Shown: in pieces, positions 50,726-56,251 of the stretch
Position numbering within the stretch: the first letter of the stretch is position 1
Layout: each line of letters starts with the position of its first letter
From: an uncultured Clostridia bacterium
GTDB taxonomy: Bacteria > Bacillota > Clostridia > Christensenellales > UBA1242
Direction of reading: 5' to 3'
Assembly: GCA_944345365.1 (NCBI GenBank)
Contig: CALVMJ010000005.1
Location: 1-56,251, forward strand
Length of the DNA: 56,251 nucleotides
Translations under genes and position numbers: made by a program
The notes under the pieces: generated by a model
Seen by the model: only the letters and a program-made list of their open reading frames with translations
The model's database searches: none
Told to the model about the DNA's origin: nothing

Positions 50726-50727
50726 AA

Positions 50728-51315
50728 GTGTCTGACGAAGAACTTGTTTTAAGGGCTCAGAAAGGAAATTCTGACGCAGAATTAGAAATCTATTCTCGCT
50801 ATAAGAACCTTTTGCTTAAAATTTGCAGGGGATATTTTTTGGTTGATGGAAGCATTGAAGACCTTGTCCAAGAAGCAATGATTGGGCTTTTTAAAGCAAT
50901 CAAGAGTTTTTCAAGGCAAAAAGAAGTTAGTTTTGCCACATACGCTGGACTCTGCGTTAAACGACAAGTCCAAACAGCCGTAAAAAAAGCAACAAGTCAA
51001 AAAAACTTAATTCTCTCGTCTGCCCTTCCATTGATAGGACAGAGTGATGACGATGAAGATGGATCAAGTGAAATTATAATCCCCTCCTCCGATCCCCTCC
51101 CCGACGAAATTCTTATCTCAAAAGAAACAGTGGCTCAAATAAAATTGGAGATAAAAAAAAGACTTTCTGCAATGGAGCAAAAAGTTTTATCGAGGTATTT
51201 GCGCGGAGAAAGCTATGCCGAAATATCAAAACTGACAGGCCTTACTAACAAAAGTATTGATAATGCGCTTACGAGAATAAAGAAAAAACTTGAATTTTTG
51301 AAAAATAAAGCTTAA
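50728..51315 (+). CDS. sigH: RNA polymerase sigma-H-like factor
   Basis: DLVQEAMIGLFKAI, SFATYAGLCVKRQ, SY.EI, KSIDNALTRIKKKL; downstream of rlmB. Confidence 0.85.
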   Translation: MSDEELVLRAQKGNSDAELEIYSRYKNLLLKICRGYFLVDGSIEDLVQEAMIGLFKAIKSFSRQKEVSFATYAGLCVKRQVQTAVKKATSQKNLILSSALPLIGQSDDDEDGSSEIIIPSSDPLPDEILISKETVAQIKLEIKKRLSAMEQKVLSRYLRGESYAEISKLTGLTNKSIDNALTRIKKKLEFLKNKA

Positions 51316-51377
51316 TTAAAAATAAAGATATTAAATTTATTTGGCAATTACTCAAATTTTGGTTATACTATAACTAG

Positions 51378-52052
51378 ATGATGAGTTTAATTGCCTTTTT
51401 TTGTGTGCTTGGAGCTTGCTTGACTCTTTGTGGAGTCTCTGCTTTTAAGGTGCAAAGAGATAAACTTTTAATATATGTAACATTAAAGGGTCTTGCTATT
51501 TTATCCATATTGACATTTGCAGTTACTTGCGCTAATTTGGCATCAAATATGCAAGGGACTACTCTTTTTATCTTACTTGGAATATCTTTTCAAATATTTT
51601 CAGCCATAGTTTCAATTTTGCCAACAAAAAATGATTTGTTCGCTCCGCTATATCAGGCGCTTGACCTAGGAACAGCTTTGTGTTTGGCTTTTGCTGGATT
51701 ATTATTGACATCGCTTTCCCCTTTTGGACTTCCAATTGGGCTTGGAGTGGGGATAATTGCAAGTTTAATAATAATCTTAGTAAAAAAATCTTTCAACTGG
51801 AAAGTTGATATTTCAAAATATGGTTGTTTTTCATTTGCTGTTGCTTTGCTTGGACAAGTTGTAGTTATATTAATTAATTCTCAATCTATTCAAAGTATAA
51901 TTTTTGGTATTGGGAGTGTATTATTCTTTGCATACATTATTCTAAAAAACTTCTTTTTAGAAGAAAATAAAAAAGTTTTAATATCAAAAAATTTATTATA
52001 TTACCTGTCATTATTGACAATAGTTTCTTCCATTTTCCTTTATATCTATTAA
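51378..52052 (+). CDS. Hypothetical polytopic membrane protein
   Basis: About 8 hydrophobic segments; promoter TTGGCA-N17-TATACT just upstream. Confidence 0.75.
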   Translation: MMSLIAFFCVLGACLTLCGVSAFKVQRDKLLIYVTLKGLAILSILTFAVTCANLASNMQGTTLFILLGISFQIFSAIVSILPTKNDLFAPLYQALDLGTALCLAFAGLLLTSLSPFGLPIGLGVGIIASLIIILVKKSFNWKVDISKYGCFSFAVALLGQVVVILINSQSIQSIIFGIGSVLFFAYIILKNFFLEENKKVLISKNLLYYLSLLTIVSSIFLYIY

Positions 52053-52099
52053 AAAGGCAATATAAACCAAAATTTTAATGCCTTTTTTTTATTTTTTTC

Positions 52100-52128
52100 T
52101 TGACATTTTTAAAGAAATGGCATATAAT
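52100..52128 (+). promoter_or_regulatory. Sigma-A promoter of tRNA-fMet
   Basis: TTGACA-N17-TATAAT. Confidence 0.85.
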
Positions 52129-52148
52129 ATATGAGTATTAACGAATGT

Positions 52149-52225
<77 letters not shown>

Positions 52226-52226
52226 G

Positions 52227-52571
52227 TAACCGGAAGACATCCGGTTTTTTTATTGAGGGAGGGAGTGGTTTGAAGCACGACCTCTTAGTGAGCCTAAGCG
52301 AACGAGCGGTCCTTTAAAGCTTCAAGCCCTACTCCAAGAGCCACTAACCGGAAGACATCCGGTTTTTTTTATTGAGGGAGGGGGGGGGTGAAGCACGACC
52401 TCTTAGTGAGCCTAAGCGAACGAGCGGTCCTTTAAAGCTTCAAGCCCTACTCCAAGAGCCACTAACCGGAAGACCTCCGGTTTTTTTATTGAGGGAGGGG
52501 ATTGAAGGACGACCTCTTAGTGAGCCTAAGCGAACGAGCGGTCTTTTAAAGCTTCAAGCCCTAATGCAAGA
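52227..52571 (+). repeat. Three tandem units of about 118 bp after tRNA-fMet
   Basis: Units start at 52227, 52345 and 52463 and are near-identical. Confidence 0.95.
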
Positions 52572-52596
52572 ATTAAATAAATACATAATACTTCAT

Positions 52597-52638
52597 AAAA
52601 AAAGCTTATGGGTTTAAAATACCATAAGCTTTTTTTTA
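52597..52638. terminator. Bidirectional terminator
   Basis: A run-GCTTATGG...CCATAAGC-T run. Confidence 0.75.
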
Positions 52639-52644
52639 GTTTTT

Positions 52645-52971
52645 TTATAGATCTCTGCCATCTTTTTTCGATTCCTTTATTGGAGGCAAAAAACTTGTTC
52701 CAAATTTAACCTTAATAATTTTTGCATTATCGTACCTATTTGAAATATAACTTTCAATAGATTGATTTTCTAGGTGTTTTTTTCCTGAATTTATTTCATC
52801 TTCTCTAATACTTAATATAACGCCTAATTTTTGTGTCCTTACATAGTACTCTCCTTCTGGAGTTTGATAGAAAAGAAAAATATTATTATCACATGTTTCA
52901 GGATCTTCTATATTTGGCATTTTTCTACTACTTAAACTGCTTATTTCTATGTATTTAATTTTATCTTTCAT
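52645..52971 (-). CDS. Orphan hypothetical protein ending GRDL
   Basis: AAGGAG RBS; promoter TTGACA-N17-TATACT (53005-53033). Confidence 0.78.
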   Translation of the reverse strand: MKDKIKYIEISSLSSRKMPNIEDPETCDNNIFLFYQTPEGEYYVRTQKLGVILSIREDEINSGKKHLENQSIESYISNRYDNAKIIKVKFGTSFLPPIKESKKDGRDL

Positions 52972-53090
52972 TTTTAGCTCCTTTTTTCTTATTAATACTT
53001 TGAGAGTATACCATCATTCCTCTCATTTGTCAATATGTAATTTTTTATTTTTTGTTGACTTTTTTTTTCAATATTAATATAATATAGAAA

Positions 53091-53226
53091 ATAACAATGA
53101 AGGGGTTGGAATCCTGGAGTTATTCGCTTGTCGGCGAAAAGACAAAATAAGGCACTTTTTAGTGTGAATTAGGGTGGAACAGCGAAACAAACATCGCCCC
53201 TATGCAAAATTGCAGAGGGGTTTTTT
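53091..53226 (+). promoter_or_regulatory. Gly T-box riboswitch (transcriptional) with a very short Stem I
   Basis: AATTAGGGTGGAACAGCG T-box; antiterminator and CCCCT..AGGGG-T6 terminator; promoter TTGACT-N17-TATAAT at 53055-53083. Confidence 0.88.
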
Positions 53227-53263
53227 AATTCCCTCAATTAATTACAAAAAAGGAGAATAAATT

Positions 53264-54631
53264 ATGTCAAAATTAACAATGGAAAAACTTGTTTCACTTT
53301 GCAAAAACAGAGGCTTTGTCTTCCCTGGGAGTGAAATATATGGTGGCTTTGCCAACACTTGGGACTTTGGCCCTGTTGGAGTTGAACTGAAAAACAATGT
53401 GAAAAAAGCTTGGTGGAAGAGATTTGTGCAAGAAGATCCAAACACTTATGGAGTTGACGCAGCAATACTTATGAATCCAAAAGTTTGGGAGGCAAGTGGT
53501 CATGTTGCAAGTTTTGGAGATCCAAAAATGGACTGCAAAAAGTGTAAGCAAAGATTTCGTGCTGATACCTTAGTTGAAAATCACAGCAAAGGAAGTGTTA
53601 GTGCCGAGGCAATGACCAATGAGCAACTTGAAGAATATATTCAGTCTAACCATATAACTTGCCCTCATTGTGGTGGTTTCGACTGGACAGCAATCAGAAA
53701 ATTTAATCCTATGTTCACCACTTCAAGAGGGACTCTTGAAGAAGGTGCTGACACGGTTTATCTTAGACCAGAAACATGTCAGGGAGAATATGTAAATTTC
53801 TTAAATGTTCAAAGAACGGCTAGAGCAAAAATTCCTTTTGCTATTGCACAAATTGGAAAGTCTTTTAGAAATGAAATTACTCCGGGGAATTTCTTGTTTA
53901 GGACAATTGAATTCGAACAAATGGAGCTTCAAATGTTCTGCAAAGAGAGTGAATCTATGGAGATATACAATGATTACAAGGCAAGAGCCCTTAAATTCGT
54001 CGAGGATCTTGGCTTAAAATCGGAAAATTTAAGATATCACGATCACGACAAACTTGCTCACTACGCAAAAGCCGCTTGCGACATTCAATACAACTTCCCT
54101 ATTGGCTGGCAAGAACTTAATGGAATTCATCACAGGGGAACTTGGGATCTATCCAGACATCAAGAATTTTCGGGAAAATCAATGCTATACCTAGATCCTT
54201 TTACAAACGAAAAATTCCTGCCTAATGTAATTGAATATTCAATAGGTGCAGATAGATTAACTCTTGCTTTGCTTTGTGCAGCATATGAGGAAGAGGCGTT
54301 AGAAAACGATACAAGAATTGTTATGCATCTCCACCCTGCAATCGCTCCTTATAAAGTGGCAATTCTTCCTCTTCAAAAAAATCTTTCGCAAAAAGCAAAA
54401 GAGGTCTATGCGTCTCTTGCAAAAGATTTTATGTGTGATTACGATGAAGCAGGATCAATTGGGAAAAGATACAGAAGGCAAGATGAAATAGGAACTCCTT
54501 TCTGCGTGACAATTGACTTTGATACCCTTGAAGACGAAACGATTACAATAAGAGATCGGGATACAATGAAACAAGAAAGACTTAAAATTAACGAATTAAA
54601 CAACTACATTTCTCAAAAAATAAAATTCTAA
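53264..54631 (+). CDS. glyQS: Glycine--tRNA ligase, homodimeric (alpha2) type
   Basis: VWEASGH, YLRPETCQG, GKSFRNEITPG, GSIGKRYRRQDEIGTP. Confidence 0.96.
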   Translation: MSKLTMEKLVSLCKNRGFVFPGSEIYGGFANTWDFGPVGVELKNNVKKAWWKRFVQEDPNTYGVDAAILMNPKVWEASGHVASFGDPKMDCKKCKQRFRADTLVENHSKGSVSAEAMTNEQLEEYIQSNHITCPHCGGFDWTAIRKFNPMFTTSRGTLEEGADTVYLRPETCQGEYVNFLNVQRTARAKIPFAIAQIGKSFRNEITPGNFLFRTIEFEQMELQMFCKESESMEIYNDYKARALKFVEDLGLKSENLRYHDHDKLAHYAKAACDIQYNFPIGWQELNGIHHRGTWDLSRHQEFSGKSMLYLDPFTNEKFLPNVIEYSIGADRLTLALLCAAYEEEALENDTRIVMHLHPAIAPYKVAILPLQKNLSQKAKEVYASLAKDFMCDYDEAGSIGKRYRRQDEIGTPFCVTIDFDTLEDETITIRDRDTMKQERLKINELNNYISQKIKF

Positions 54632-54694
54632 TATTGTATATAAATATTGTAAATTGATACAAAGCCAAATTACCTATTATAAAAAGAGCATATA

Positions 54695-54814
54695 TTACCA
54701 ATCGTAAATGTTGTGTGTATGACTTTTTATGTCATCATATTTATCAAAATACGACTTTTTAAACTTCTTGGTCTGTTCATTTTTTGATTTGTTATTCTTA
54801 ACTGTTTTATCCAT
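54695..54814 (-). CDS. Small hypothetical protein (39 aa)
   Basis: GAGGTG RBS before ATG 54814. Confidence 0.45.
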   Translation of the reverse strand: MDKTVKNNKSKNEQTKKFKKSYFDKYDDIKSHTHNIYDW

Positions 54815-54873
54815 TTTTAGCCACCTCAATTTTGTAGAAAAATTATAACATATTATATTAAAATTCATTAAGA

Positions 54874-54904
54874 AAAACAAGTGGATATCCCACTTGTTTT
54901 TTTT
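54874..54904. terminator. Intrinsic terminator after the collagen-like gene
   Basis: AAAAACAAGTGG-ATATC-CCACTTGTTTTT. Confidence 0.75.
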
Positions 54905-54911
54905 CTTAAAT

Positions 54912-56251
<1,340 letters not shown>

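Noticed and set aside
52227-52571. CRISPR array
   Set aside because: Whole units are near-identical with no unique spacers, the period is 118 bp, and there are no cas genes.
52372-52617. 81-aa ORF
   Set aside because: It is a translation of the tandem non-coding repeat.

Overview
Chromosomal window of an AT-rich Bacillota genome (Clostridia-like by inference; genetic code 11; sigH, a SpoVB/MurJ-type gene and a BclA-like collagen suggest sporulation). The backbone is housekeeping: rpmG-secE-nusG-rplK-rplA, dnaX-ybaB-recR-argS, dusB, pgk-tpiA, rplI, alr, prmC-prfA, rpsF-ssb-rpsR-rpmE, secA, ychF-mrnC-rlmB-sigH, glyQS, plus tRNA-Glu, tRNA-Ser and tRNA-fMet. No integrase, transposase, prophage or CRISPR array is visible. 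The main unexplained signal is a set of unrelated orphan genes of 72-1855 aa between the core genes. Each has its own sigma-A-like promoter, and five end in the same C-terminal motif R-[D/T]-[L/I]-stop. With a stand-alone VirB2/TrbC-like pilin gene and a 2760-aa membrane-anchored adhesin-like protein, this suggests a dispersed secreted-effector repertoire with a C-terminal export signal (hypothesis). Other notable observations: (1) dnaX is split at an A9 slippery run (gamma in the 0 frame, tau in the -1 frame). (2) The glyQS T-box has an ultra-short Stem I with an apical GGA specifier. (3) Two different tRNAs are followed by repeats of the same tRNA-tail architecture. (4) An LRR-protein cassette is flanked by a perfect 36-bp duplication of the secA 3' end and terminator. 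(5) The 1855-aa orphan has an internal Prp-protease-like NLQLF/A motif. (6) A degenerate DUF1385 domain is fused to PrmC. All family assignments come from motif recognition; no database search was run.
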